64,000 bases of DNA from an uncultured Candidatus Entotheonella sp. (lineage in GTDB: Bacteria; Tectomicrobia; Entotheonellia; Entotheonellales; Entotheonellaceae): positions 704,001-768,000 of the forward strand of contig CBDCDA010000001.1 in assembly GCA_965215335.1 (NCBI GenBank), in the 5' to 3' direction. Shown piece by piece: positions 20,538-30,362 of this stretch. The position numbers and the translations under genes are program-made. Under the pieces are notes generated by a model that was not told the origin of the DNA, ran no database searches, and saw only the letters and a list, made by a program, of their open reading frames with translations. The first letter of the stretch is position 1. The number at the start of each line of letters is the position of its first letter.

Positions 20538-22151
20538 ATGGCCGCTGGCACCATCCGCCAACCGCCCCCGGCACCGCTGCAGGCAGGCACCGAGGCGAAC
20601 CAGCCACAACGCAGCGCCGGGCCACGCATCTCGCCCGACAGCCCGTCTTACAAGTGGTGGGTAGCCGCCACGGTCATGCTGAACGCCTTCATCGTCATCA
20701 TGAACAACGCCACGGTCAACCTCGCCCTGCCGCCGATCATGACCACCTTCAGCATGAATCTCGACCAGGTCCAGTGGGTCATCAACGCCTACATGATCGC
20801 CGGTGCCGTCATCGTGCCTACGGTGGGTTGGCTGGGTAACGTCATGGGCAACCGCAATCTGCTGTTCATCAGTCTGTCGATCTTCGTCGTCAGTTCCGTC
20901 CTTTGCGGTCTCGCCTGGAGCGGCAACTCGCTGATCTTTTTCCGCCTCCTGCAAGGAATGGGCGGCGGTCCCGTCATGCCGATGGCCATGGTCTTTCTCA
21001 CGCAGACTTTCCCGCCCCACCAGCGCGGCCTCGCCATGGGCCTGTACGGACTCGGCATGTCGTGCGGCCCGGTCGTCGGTCCGGTGCTCGGCGGTTACGT
21101 CACCGAATACCTGCACTGGCGCATGGTTTTCTATCTCAACACCCTGCCGGGCATTATCGGCATCGTGCTGGTGCTCCTGGTCATTCCAAATACCCGTGAA
21201 ACGATCAGGCGTCATTTGGACCTGCCTGGCCTGGCCACCCTCACGGTATTTCTGGTCAGCCTGCTGATCGCATTGAGCCAAGGCCAGCGCTATGGCTGGG
21301 ATGCGCCGTTGACGCAACGTCTGCTGCTCACCGCCTGCCTGGCATTTGTCTCTTTCGTCGTCATCGAACTCTACCGCAAGGAACCGCTGGTCGATCTGCG
21401 TCTGTTCAACAATCTGGCCTTTGCGGCCGTGTCGGTGGCGTTGTTCGTCACCGCCATGGGTTTTTGGGGCACCAACTTTCTGCAAACCTTCCTGCTGCAG
21501 CGATTGTTCGATTACACCCCGGCGCAGGCGGGCTACATCGTGCTGCCGGGCGCCCTGACCATGGCCCTCACGACGGTCTGCGCCGGCCGCCTCGTGGACA
21601 AGGTCGACCGCCGCCTGGTGGTGTACGGCGGTTTGGGCATGTTCATCGCGGCCACGTATGCGTTTTCCTTTCTCAGCCTCGACCGCCCCACGAGCTGGAT
21701 GATCAGCATGATCGTGGCACGCTATTTCACCATGGGATTCATCTTCATCCCGATGGCGGCAGCGGCGGTGATGGTGCTGCGGCCCGAGCAGGTGCGCATG
21801 GGATCCGGGCTGGTCAATCTGATCCAGCACGGCCTCGGTGGCACCATGGGCCTGGCCCTGATGACCACTGTCTTGCAGCGCCGCACCACCTATCACAGCG
21901 GCATCCTGGCTCAGGAGCAGGCCGCCTCGCCCTTGCCCTGGCCCGATGTGGTGGGCCCCGTCAACGACCTCCTGCTGCACGCCGGCGAGGTGGGCGGCGT
22001 GATGGAAACCAAGACCCTGGCCATGGTCCAGCGGCACCTGGTGCAGCAGGCGTCCGTGGCCGCCTACCAGGACTGCTTCATGCTGGTGGTCATCCTGTGT
22101 CTTGCGGTAGCCCCCCTCATCCTCTTCATGCGCCAGCGCCGGGCCGCCTGA
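20538..22151 (+). CDS. DHA2-family (EmrB/QacA) MFS efflux permease
   Basis: Many TM segments; TVNLALPPI, QWVINAYM, FRLLQGMGGG, GPVLGGY, EPLVDLRLF. Confidence 0.9.
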   Translation: MAAGTIRQPPPAPLQAGTEANQPQRSAGPRISPDSPSYKWWVAATVMLNAFIVIMNNATVNLALPPIMTTFSMNLDQVQWVINAYMIAGAVIVPTVGWLGNVMGNRNLLFISLSIFVVSSVLCGLAWSGNSLIFFRLLQGMGGGPVMPMAMVFLTQTFPPHQRGLAMGLYGLGMSCGPVVGPVLGGYVTEYLHWRMVFYLNTLPGIIGIVLVLLVIPNTRETIRRHLDLPGLATLTVFLVSLLIALSQGQRYGWDAPLTQRLLLTACLAFVSFVVIELYRKEPLVDLRLFNNLAFAAVSVALFVTAMGFWGTNFLQTFLLQRLFDYTPAQAGYIVLPGALTMALTTVCAGRLVDKVDRRLVVYGGLGMFIAATYAFSFLSLDRPTSWMISMIVARYFTMGFIFIPMAAAAVMVLRPEQVRMGSGLVNLIQHGLGGTMGLALMTTVLQRRTTYHSGILAQEQAASPLPWPDVVGPVNDLLLHAGEVGGVMETKTLAMVQRHLVQQASVAAYQDCFMLVVILCLAVAPLILFMRQRRAA

Positions 22152-22217
22152 CGCTGTGTTATACTGCACCCGCAATTCGCCCTTTCGTCGCGCACGATAC
22201 CCTCGCAAAGGAAGCCA

Positions 22218-23060
22218 ATGATGAGTGTTACGGAAGTGGTCTTTGTGGTTGCGGCGCCGTTGGTCCTGCTGGTCCTGGCTCGCCTGGTTCTGCAGCGGGT
22301 GCTCGGTTTCAGCCTGCGGGTGGCGCTGACCGATCACGACAACCCGGCCATGGGCCTGGCCGTAGCGGGGTATCTGTTCGGGGTCATCTGGACCATCACC
22401 GTGCTGCTCGGCACGCCGGGCCGCGGCTTGTGGCAGGACGTGCTGGACGTGGCGCTGTACGGCGGATTGGGCATCGTGCTGCTGACCGTGGTGACGCTGG
22501 TCAGTTGCCGGCTTTTCCTGGGCCTGCACGTACGTGAACAACTGGAGGCGCACAACGCCGCGGCAGCCATCGTGGTCGCCGGGACTTACGTCGCCACCAG
22601 CCTGACCTACAGCGGGGCGTTGGACGGCGAGGGCGGCGGGTTCTGGATCCTGCTGCTCTTCTTCGTCCTGGGCCAGTTGGCCTTGCTGGCCATGACCTAC
22701 GTCTTTCGCTGGCTCACCGGCTACGACGACGTGCAGGAAATCGGTTCCGGCAACCTGGCGGCAGGCATCGCGCAGGCGGGATTGCTGATCGCCCTGGGCG
22801 TGGTGGTCGGCCAGGCCGCCTCGGGCGAATTCACGACCCTGGCGGATTCGTTGCTGAGCTTCGTCACCGCCCTGCTGGTCGTCGTGGTGTTCTATCCCGT
22901 ACGGCAACTGGTGGTGCAGTGCCTGATTCTCGGCGGACCAATCAGGTTTCGCAGCACCCTGCTGGATAACGAAGTCGCCGCCGACAAGAACATCGCTGCC
23001 GGGTTGCTGGAGGCCAGCGCCTACCTGTCCACGGCCCTCTTCATCACCTCGGTCATCTGA
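22218..23060 (+). CDS. DUF350 tandem-domain membrane protein
   Basis: Repeated helices with DNPAMGL, HNAAAAI, GNLAAGI, KNIAAGL. Confidence 0.7.
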   Translation: MMSVTEVVFVVAAPLVLLVLARLVLQRVLGFSLRVALTDHDNPAMGLAVAGYLFGVIWTITVLLGTPGRGLWQDVLDVALYGGLGIVLLTVVTLVSCRLFLGLHVREQLEAHNAAAAIVVAGTYVATSLTYSGALDGEGGGFWILLLFFVLGQLALLAMTYVFRWLTGYDDVQEIGSGNLAAGIAQAGLLIALGVVVGQAASGEFTTLADSLLSFVTALLVVVVFYPVRQLVVQCLILGGPIRFRSTLLDNEVAADKNIAAGLLEASAYLSTALFITSVI

Positions 23061-23068
23061 TCCACAGG

Positions 23069-23098
23069 GCAGGTCGGATCAGCGCAGCGTAATCCGAC
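23069..23098 (+). repeat. REP element between convergent genes
   Basis: GCAGGTCGGATCAGCGCAGCGTAATCCGAC, imperfect palindrome. Confidence 0.7.
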
Positions 23099-23117
23099 AT
23101 TCCGCTCCGATATTCCG

Positions 23118-25043
23118 CTATAAGCGGCTCAGATATAGAATCGTCTGCTTCTTCTGCTTCAGCATGCCTTCCCGCCTGGAAACCGCCACCAGAATTCCCG
23201 GCGTGCGGCCCTTCAGCACTGCCACACCGCTCACCACGCCATCGAATCCGGGGCTCACCGGCGACAGCCTGAAGCCTTGCGGCGTCTGGCGCACCAGCAC
23301 CACGTGGCCGCCGCTGTACAGATTCAGGTTTGGAACCATTCCGAGCCTGCCCTGATTCTGCGGAACCAGCACCTCGTCAATGCCATCGCCGTCGAAGTCC
23401 GCAACCGCCGGAATGGCCTCGAAGTCAAACTGTGCCTGCTCAACGACCCTGGGACTGTAACGTGTCTCCAGCGCGGCAAATACGTAGCTGCCGCCTACGT
23501 CTGTCGGAGACGTCCAGCGCCTGGTCTTGCCGTCGTACACCTGCAGGTTGTGGCCCTCATCCACAAATACCAACTGACGATTTCCCGGTGCGCCGAGTCG
23601 GGCCAGGGCAGCGCCGGTGGCACGGAACCCCCCCGGCAGCGGCAGCTTGCGCTGCCGCTTCAAGCGGCCGTTCCGCAGTTCGTACTGCCTCACCTGGCCG
23701 CGCCGGAAAAAGTCCTTGCCGTCGAAGCGCTGCCCCCACACGCTCTCGTTGACCCCGTCGCCGTCGGTATCCACAGCAAGCAAAATGTCCGGCAGACCCT
23801 TCTGCTGCCGGACCAGCTGACGATCTTGCAGAAACAAGAGAAACGAATCCATGCCCCGCCGATTCGGGCTGTAGCGATTCACCACCACCCCGGGCGTCTG
23901 CCCGTCGCCGAGGCGCACCAACTGCGCGCTCAACAAGGTGCCGGGCCGTCTGTCGGAATAGGAAGCGATGAGGGTCAACCGATTTTCGTGTACCTGGTAC
24001 ACCGACACCTGGACGCCGCTGAGCATCACCAGCTCGGTCTGGCCGTCGTCGTCGATATCCGCGGCATCAAAGCCGCGCAGTTCGGTCGGGAATTGCGCCA
24101 GCGCCAAGTAGCGTTGTTCCAGGGTAAGCGGGTCGGCACTGAGCAGGCTCTGCAGCGTCGTCAGGTCGTCCACCGGCACCGGGGGCGCCTGAACCGCCGC
24201 GGCAGGCGGCGGTCCGGAGCGGGTTAGCGGCGTAGAAGCGGCGGGTGGTTGCGAAACGGGCGGTGAGACCGGCCGTTGAGCCATGAGCGCAGCCTCGGAA
24301 AGAATAGCCAGAGCCGTGGTTACAGGCGTTTGTGGCTGAGTGGGTGCAAACAACCGGAGTTCGACAACCGTCGTGTCGCCGGCCTCCCGCAACACCGGCT
24401 GCGCAACGTAAGCCACGCCCAAAGCCCCCGCCATCTCGGACGTGACCTCAGGCGTCAGCACGTCCCCGGGCGGCAGGTTGCGCTCCAGCAGCCACACCGT
24501 CAGACGGGCCCTTGGCGCCACGTAAAACCGGCCGGTGGCGTTGAGACCACGCTGCACGGCATCGGCCAGCGCGGCCAACGGCATCGCGCGCCCGGTCTGG
24601 TCAGTTACCGGCAGCAGCCCGAGGGGCAGGCGCCCGGCGGTAATCCGCACCTTGTCTCCGGCTTGCACCGTTGCGCTATCAGCCGCGTCCGTCAGCGTTG
24701 CCACGGCGTACGTCTCGGCCACCTGCGTCACGGTGACCGTTCCCAGGTCCTCTTCCAGCCGTCCCAACACCTCGCCGGTGCTGGGCGAGGTCAGTTCCTC
24801 GCCTTCCCGGAACACGTTCAGCCGCATGCCCTCGAGCACCTGATCCCGCGCCCCCAGGCCGAGGTAAAGCTGCTCGCCCTGCACGTCGACCACCTCACCC
24901 TGCAGGTGCGGAAAACGCTGCGCCAACTGATCCGCCACGTCGCTGGCCGCGGCGTCGAGGTCATAACTCCCCTGCGCCAATACCAGACAAGGCCACAGCA
25001 ACAGCCCTGTCATCCATGCAAGGCATCGTACCCGGCAAGTCAT
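23118..25043 (-). CDS. secreted protein with FlgT-C-like N-terminal region, Pro-rich linker and FG-GAP/VCBS repeats
   Basis: Signal peptide; GEVVDVQGEQLYLGLG..GMRLNVFREGE..GEVLG; ADIDDDGQTEL, DTDGDGVNE, ADFDGDGIDEV. Confidence 0.7.
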   Translation of the reverse strand: MTCRVRCLAWMTGLLLWPCLVLAQGSYDLDAAASDVADQLAQRFPHLQGEVVDVQGEQLYLGLGARDQVLEGMRLNVFREGEELTSPSTGEVLGRLEEDLGTVTVTQVAETYAVATLTDAADSATVQAGDKVRITAGRLPLGLLPVTDQTGRAMPLAALADAVQRGLNATGRFYVAPRARLTVWLLERNLPPGDVLTPEVTSEMAGALGVAYVAQPVLREAGDTTVVELRLFAPTQPQTPVTTALAILSEAALMAQRPVSPPVSQPPAASTPLTRSGPPPAAAVQAPPVPVDDLTTLQSLLSADPLTLEQRYLALAQFPTELRGFDAADIDDDGQTELVMLSGVQVSVYQVHENRLTLIASYSDRRPGTLLSAQLVRLGDGQTPGVVVNRYSPNRRGMDSFLLFLQDRQLVRQQKGLPDILLAVDTDGDGVNESVWGQRFDGKDFFRRGQVRQYELRNGRLKRQRKLPLPGGFRATGAALARLGAPGNRQLVFVDEGHNLQVYDGKTRRWTSPTDVGGSYVFAALETRYSPRVVEQAQFDFEAIPAVADFDGDGIDEVLVPQNQGRLGMVPNLNLYSGGHVVLVRQTPQGFRLSPVSPGFDGVVSGVAVLKGRTPGILVAVSRREGMLKQKKQTILYLSRL

Positions 25044-25108
25044 GCGCCTCCCCCCTGTCGCCTGCTGCCGGAGCAGCTCCGCGTTGCAGAGCATTTCCGC
25101 ATCAAGTT

Positions 25109-25198
25109 GTCGGTCGGATCAGCGAAGCGCAATCCGACGTTCCCCGGCGCCCGGCAGGTTTCTGCTGTCGGGTTACGCCGGCGGCTAACCCGACCTAC
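25109..25198. repeat. inverted pair of REP elements (REPIN-like)
   Basis: GTCGGTCGGATCAGCGAAGCGCAATCCGAC (+) and GTAGGTCGGGTTAGCCGCCGGCGTAACCCGAC (-). Confidence 0.7.
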
Positions 25199-25214
25199 TT
25201 GAAGCCACTGTGTT

Positions 25215-25934
25215 CTAGCGGTTGACTTGCCGGCCCTGGCCCTTTGCATATCCGCCCTCATGTTCAATATTTTCCCAGCCCAGGATGACCTTGTACGCCT
25301 GCTCCGCCTGCGGCATGCGCACCACCAGGTACACCGTGTCGGATTGCTGCGCGTCATGATGCCTTCCAACAATCACCGACAGCCCGTCGTAGGACACCGC
25401 ACGCCGTTCGGCCCAAGCCGCAAACGTGCCGCTTTCCAGGGCGTGCGTCAGATAGCTCGCCACCGTTGCCGGCACCTGCATCTGTCGCTGCCGAGAAGCC
25501 GGAATGCCGCGCACCGGAAACCGGGTCAGAACCCCATCATCCGTCAGCACCGCAACCCGCCTCAGCTTCTGATGATCGCTCTGCTTGCCGCGGATGCGAA
25601 ACACCGCCACTTGCCCCGCTTCGCCGTCCCAGGTCGTTGCGCCCCACGGATCATTTCGTCTTGGAAGCGAAACATGGATGGAGAACGACGCCGGCTGCTC
25701 CGTGAGTTCCAGCGGCTGCGGCTGCCGGTCGCGGAATAGCACGAATCTGGAACGCCGCGTGTCGAGGAACGACTCGATGCCCGGCAACGTGCGGTCTTCT
25801 GCAAAATACATGAAAACACGCTCGGGAACGCTGGCCACCTGGAGCTGGTACGTGACCGCATCCGACATCCCCACCCAGCCGACCAGGACGGCGGCCGACC
25901 AACCCAATCCCGCTGTCAATCCGCGATTCTTCAT
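25215..25934 (-). CDS. hypothetical secreted protein (239 aa)
   Basis: AAGGA RBS, signal-peptide-like N-terminus, GC-rich codons; no recognised family. Confidence 0.6.
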   Translation of the reverse strand: MKNRGLTAGLGWSAAVLVGWVGMSDAVTYQLQVASVPERVFMYFAEDRTLPGIESFLDTRRSRFVLFRDRQPQPLELTEQPASFSIHVSLPRRNDPWGATTWDGEAGQVAVFRIRGKQSDHQKLRRVAVLTDDGVLTRFPVRGIPASRQRQMQVPATVASYLTHALESGTFAAWAERRAVSYDGLSVIVGRHHDAQQSDTVYLVVRMPQAEQAYKVILGWENIEHEGGYAKGQGRQVNR

Positions 25935-26202
25935 GGCCCCATCCTTCTACAACGTTGTCATCCCGTCACGGGGAGAAGATGATACCAGCAGCCTTCCGAA
26001 AGAGGCAAACGCACGGACGGGGTGTTGTGCCTCAGGGTCAGACCGAACAGCGAATGAAGTGCGTTCAGGGGGATTGCCGCTCAGGTGAAATTGGCGGGCT
26101 TGACGGAAGCGCCATGAAAAACGCTGATCGGGAAACGGGCCATGGTCCCTGCGTTGGGGGTGGGCGACAGGGGTGCGGAAAGCATTGCCGATGGCTGAAC
26201 AG

Positions 26203-26238
26203 CAATGGCCGACGACTGGGGGAAGCCGTCGGCCATTG
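26203..26238 (-). terminator. terminator hairpin of porin copy A
   Basis: CAATGGCCGACG...CGTCGGCCATTG; near-identical to the hairpin at 33189. Confidence 0.7.
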
Positions 26239-26261
26239 GGGCCTGCTTGGCGGGGGTTGGA

Positions 26262-27836
26262 TCAGAAGCTGTAAACCACTCTGGCGCCGGCACCCATCAC
26301 GTCCTGGGACTCGTATTTCATCCCATTCACCATCAGATCCAGAGCGTCTCCCATCATGGCATACGCCACGAACAGGGAAATGGTGGTGTTAGAGTAGAGC
26401 TGGTAATCCAGCCACACGTCGACCTCAGTCGCAAGGTGCGACCCACCAGCGTAGGTAGCGCCATAAAGAGGGTCCCCTTCATCTACTTCCGGATTTATCG
26501 TCCCATCATCCTCATCCAGCTCATACTTGGTCCCATCCGCGTCCTGCCCATCCCTCGGGATACCCGCAGTCTCTTCGGCGGTATTGAAGAGACCCAAGGA
26601 CGCCGAAAGGGTCGTTCGCGGCGTCAGCGTATAGCCTGCCTTGACGGCGGCGTGCACCAGGCCGAAGCTCTCGTGCCTGATGTTTCCCTGAACGGAATCG
26701 CCGACCAGGAGGGGTCCCAGGTCGTTATAGGTGGGACTGCCAGAGGAAACGCCAAACAAGCTGAACCACTGGGTAGCATGAGGGATGCCCCAGACACCGA
26801 TCACGTCATAGTCCTTGTCGGTGCGCTGTGTGCCATCGGAGTTGACTCCACTACCCGGCGTGTACACAACCCGACCCGAAAGCGACAGCGGGCCGGTATT
26901 GTAGTCGGCGCGCACATCCAGCAGCATGGACTCGGTGTCCCCCGCCAGCTGATCGTCGGCAAAGTACAGGATCAGGGTAGGCGAAAAGCTGAAATCGGCA
27001 TAATCGTAACGCAGGGTGCTGCCGATCCAGTGGCGGTTTTCCTCATACGCCGTATTGCTGCCCGAACCGTATAATGCGCCCGTGTCACAAGGCTCGTCAG
27101 GGTCATCTGCTTTTTCTACCTGACCGCATTCCGTGAAATGGAATGCGTAGATCAGATCAGCCTCCAGACCTTCCGCAAGCGCGATGGTGGCGCGGGTACC
27201 GACAGCCCAGTCGTCGCCATGAGCATCGATGGTCGTGAGTCCCCAGTCAGCACCCCCCGACCCGAGATAACCGTCAAAGTCCTGCCCGATCCACGAAAAC
27301 CACGTGTAGGTGCTGATCGTATCACTGAGCGGGACGCTCAGGGTTGCGCCGGGGGCAGCGGTGTTAAAAATCTTGTTGGCTGCAGACCAACCTCCGGACT
27401 CGGCGGCGAAATACGGGACGCCGAGCTCGAACTTCGCCGCGGTGCCAGGAAGCAGGCCTTCAATCCAGTACCCTTCAATCGTCAGATTGCCGCTGTAGGC
27501 TCCGACGCCTATCTGGTAGGTCTCTACACCCCAGTGCTGATCCACGTGCGTCTGAGCAACCACCTTGGTATTCTCGAACGCTTCCACCGAAATCCTGAAA
27601 TTGAAGCGCTGATGCATCCAGGTCAGCGAGTCTTCATCACCGCTCTGGCCTGGTACCGCGGGGTCTCCCAGCACCGCATCCGTGTAGTTGCGATCGCCAT
27701 GGGAGTAGTTCTCCAACATGAGGAAACGGAAATCCATGTTGCCGGAGACCGTCAGCCGGTCGTCGGCCGAGGCCGACGCGCTCATCATGAAAAGCCCTAC
27801 GAACAGTAGGACGAGAAGTCGAGTTACATAGGTCAT
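26262..27836 (-). CDS. outer-membrane beta-barrel/porin-like protein, copy A (524 aa, intact)
   Basis: AAGGAG RBS; Sec signal peptide ending ASA; amphipathic strands; C-terminal GARVVYSF beta-signal. Confidence 0.8.
   Translation of the reverse strand: MTYVTRLLVLLFVGLFMMSASASADDRLTVSGNMDFRFLMLENYSHGDRNYTDAVLGDPAVPGQSGDEDSLTWMHQRFNFRISVEAFENTKVVAQTHVDQHWGVETYQIGVGAYSGNLTIEGYWIEGLLPGTAAKFELGVPYFAAESGGWSAANKIFNTAAPGATLSVPLSDTISTYTWFSWIGQDFDGYLGSGGADWGLTTIDAHGDDWAVGTRATIALAEGLEADLIYAFHFTECGQVEKADDPDEPCDTGALYGSGSNTAYEENRHWIGSTLRYDYADFSFSPTLILYFADDQLAGDTESMLLDVRADYNTGPLSLSGRVVYTPGSGVNSDGTQRTDKDYDVIGVWGIPHATQWFSLFGVSSGSPTYNDLGPLLVGDSVQGNIRHESFGLVHAAVKAGYTLTPRTTLSASLGLFNTAEETAGIPRDGQDADGTKYELDEDDGTINPEVDEGDPLYGATYAGGSHLATEVDVWLDYQLYSNTTISLFVAYAMMGDALDLMVNGMKYESQDVMGAGARVVYSF
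27772..27836 (-). repeat. inverted repeat, left: 5' end of porin A
   Basis: 64/65 nt identical to 30363..30427 in opposite orientation. Confidence 0.9.
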
Positions 27837-28034
27837 GGATTGAACTCCTTTGCTTGGCCTACGTTTGGTCCGTGGTTGGCAGCCCCTCGTTACGAGCTTG
27901 CCCAATGGTCACCCTTCACCCCAGCGTACACCGGAGGTGCGCGCCGATGCACTACGGCATTCCTGGCTATTGGCATCGCAACACGTTGCAGGACGTGCCC
28001 CCCTCTGCCTTTCCAGGTTTTAACGTAAAGTGCA

Positions 28035-28063
28035 TATTTACACGGTTTTAGCGGGATCGTCAA
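28035..28063 (-). promoter_or_regulatory. candidate promoter for porin A
   Basis: Minus strand TTGACG-17 nt-TAAATA in an AT-rich patch about 200 nt upstream of the ATG. Confidence 0.45.
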
Positions 28064-28097
28064 TAGACAGACCGCCTTGACGACAGACAGCCCGCTA

Positions 28098-28133
28098 TCA
28101 CCGCTCCAAGGGCCGGTGCCCTTGGAGCGGTGA
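28098..28133. other. perfect 16-bp-stem hairpin
   Basis: TCACCGCTCCAAGGGC-CGGT-GCCCTTGGAGCGGTGA. Confidence 0.85.
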
Positions 28134-28349
28134 AACAGAACCGATTCCAGCGTGCAACCGCTCGTTAAACCTCAGCTTGTCGCACCCTCGCACGAAATTG
28201 TCACGCCTGTCAACCCGCCTTGCGCGTTTTTTCGTGTCGTTGCAACATGTCCACCCAAGGCACGGGCAGACGGGGACGGGCGCTGCGCTCAGGGCGTCGC
28301 CCTGCGTCGGTGCGCTCATCGAGAGGGTGCTCGTGAATACCGTCTGCGG

Positions 28350-28651
28350 CTACCCCGGCGTTGCAAAGAAAATCCGCCAAAGCAGGGCGAGCACCGCGAA
28401 CAACAGCGGCGCGTTGAAGGCCAGTAGCAGAATTCACCTTGCCGTTCAGCGCCTCGATTTTCACGGTCACATCTGCTCGCAGGGTCTCAACTTCCGTGCG
28501 AACGTCGGCGCGAAGCCCCTCCAGGTCCGCCTTGGTCGCCAGTTGTCCGGTGTCGGCATCCGCCAGCGCGGTGACGAGCCGCCGCCTGCGGCTCCGGCAT
28601 GCCGCCATCGAGCAGGCCGGTCTTGAGCGCCCGGGTGTCAATCAAGGGCAT
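28350..28651 (-). pseudogene. frameshifted copy of the DUF1640/CCDC90-like gene at 34135
   Basis: MPLIDTRALKTGLLDGGMPEPQAAA then a 2-nt deletion relative to the intact copy, plus further indels. Confidence 0.8.
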
Positions 28652-28997
28652 CGTGATGTCCTTTTCGGGTCGAGGGAGAACGCGGCAAGCAGTCTGCCGC
28701 CTCACATGATACGCCGGTCTGTACATGAAGCAAAGAGAGGGAGGAGTCAGCCAATACAGGTTGGCTTCCTCGTGACTCGATCAGACACGCTATCGCTTGG
28801 CTTTGCGCTTACGGGCATCCCTGATGGATCATACAAGGCCAACAAGGACCAGGGCACAAAAGATGAGGCCGATCACGTCCAATTCAGACCCCTGTCTGGA
28901 ACCACCAAAATTCAGTCGATATGCCCTGGGGGTGCGAAGGATGGCCAGAGACTGTCCGCCAAATTGTCCGTGTTCCAGAGCATTGCCGTATCTGATT

Positions 28998-29140
28998 ACC
29001 CTCCCCTCTCCTGGACCCTCCCCCACGGAGGGGGGGATCGGAGGTCCGCCCGTCTCTCCGGAGGGGGTTTTACTCCCTCTCCCCTGGAGCGCGAGGGCCT
29101 GCCTCGGACTTGATCCGGGGCTTGGGGTAAGGGGGAAAGC
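28998..29140. repeat. cluster of CCCTCTCCC/GGGAGAGGG-type palindromic repeat remnants
   Basis: CCCTCCCCCTCTCC..CCCTCCCCCACGGAGGGGGG and TACTCCCTCTCCCCT...GGGGTAAGGGGG. Confidence 0.45.
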
Positions 29141-29248
29141 CCCGGATTACGCGCCGTCTTGATCCGGAAGTGCTCTGGCAGTCGAGAATTCCACAGAAAT
29201 TCGGCACCGCCCACATAATGGATGGAAATCAAAAGAGAAGGAGGCAGT

Positions 29249-30292
29249 ATGCGAGGTGATGGAAGGGTTTTTCGGCGCGGGCAGATTTGGTGGGTCGCGT
29301 ATTATCACGACGGACGGGAACACCGTGAGTCATCGAAGTCGCGGGAGCGCAAGGATGCTGTCAGGCTGCTCCGGACGCGCATCGGCGAAATTGCCGCGGG
29401 GACGGCTCAGCATTCCCCCGTGTCTGGCCGGGCTGGAACACGGGCCATCACGATGCAGGGTTTGTTTGACCTGGTTGAGAACCACTACCAACTCAACAAT
29501 CGTTCCAGCGCGACCAACAGCTTGTGTTTACGGCGCCTACGCCGCCGTTTCGCGGGATACACCGCCCAGGCTTGCACGAGCCTGGCCATCAGCCATTACA
29601 TGACCGCCATGCAGCGGGAAGGGCGCAAGGCGCCAACCATCAACCGTGAAATCGCCGTGCTGCGTTCTGCCTTCCGACTTGGCTACCACCATGATCTGGT
29701 TGCCAGAGTGCCGGCCATCAAGCTCCTGCCGGAGCTCGCGGTTCGCAACGAGTTCTTTACCCGCGCGGAGATCGACGCATTGCTTCCATACCTGCCGGAG
29801 TATCTGCGCGATGCCGTGCTGTTTGCCTTCCTCACCGGTTGGCGCAAAGGCGAAATTATTGGCTTACAGTGGACCAACGTGAATCGTTCGGGTGCGGTAA
29901 TCCGGTTGGAGCCGGGGCAGAACAAGAGCCGGGCGGTGCGAGTTCTCGCACTGCAAGGGGAACTGGCGGCGTTGATCGAACGCCGCTGGCACGCCCGCAA
30001 GGCCGGGCGGACACTGGCACGGAATGTTTTCCACCGTGCCGGCCATCAACTGACGGACTTCCGTCAGCCTTGGCTGGCGGCCTGCCGCCAAGTCGGCTTG
30101 GGGCACCGCATGTTCCACAGCCTGCGACGCAGCGCAGCCCGAAACATGTCCCTGCAGGGCGTTCCGGAGAAGGTCATCATGTCGATCATGGGACACAAGA
30201 CGCGGGTGATGTTCGACCGCTACAACATTGTGACGGAAGCTGACCAGCGGGCATACATAGAGCGGCTATTCGGGTCGCAACACGGACAATGA
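29249..30292 (+). CDS. tyrosine recombinase / phage-integrase family
   Basis: GGAGG RBS; N-terminal GRVFRRGQIWWVAYY; TINREIAVLR; catalytic R (GWRKGE), K, HSLRR, GH, RY all present. Confidence 0.93.
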   Translation: MRGDGRVFRRGQIWWVAYYHDGREHRESSKSRERKDAVRLLRTRIGEIAAGTAQHSPVSGRAGTRAITMQGLFDLVENHYQLNNRSSATNSLCLRRLRRRFAGYTAQACTSLAISHYMTAMQREGRKAPTINREIAVLRSAFRLGYHHDLVARVPAIKLLPELAVRNEFFTRAEIDALLPYLPEYLRDAVLFAFLTGWRKGEIIGLQWTNVNRSGAVIRLEPGQNKSRAVRVLALQGELAALIERRWHARKAGRTLARNVFHRAGHQLTDFRQPWLAACRQVGLGHRMFHSLRRSAARNMSLQGVPEKVIMSIMGHKTRVMFDRYNIVTEADQRAYIERLFGSQHGQ

Positions 30293-30362
30293 CGCGGACA
30301 TTCTGCCAGTTGCAGATGGCAGAGGGTTGATTTGTAGGAGGTTTCGGACTTTATGTCACTAG

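Noticed and set aside
27971..27990. Sigma54 promoter (TGGCA...TTGCA)
   Set aside because: GG-to-GC spacing is 14 nt rather than 10, and the orientation is opposite to porin A.
29249..30292. Prophage or ICE marked by the integrase
   Set aside because: No phage structural, replication or conjugation genes and no tRNA target; the flanking repeats are inverted rather than direct.
30336..30353. AGGAGG as RBS for porin B
   Set aside because: It lies 21 nt from B's ATG; it fits only an out-of-frame ATG at 30353 opening a short ORF with no recognisable features. Weak translation of B cannot be excluded.
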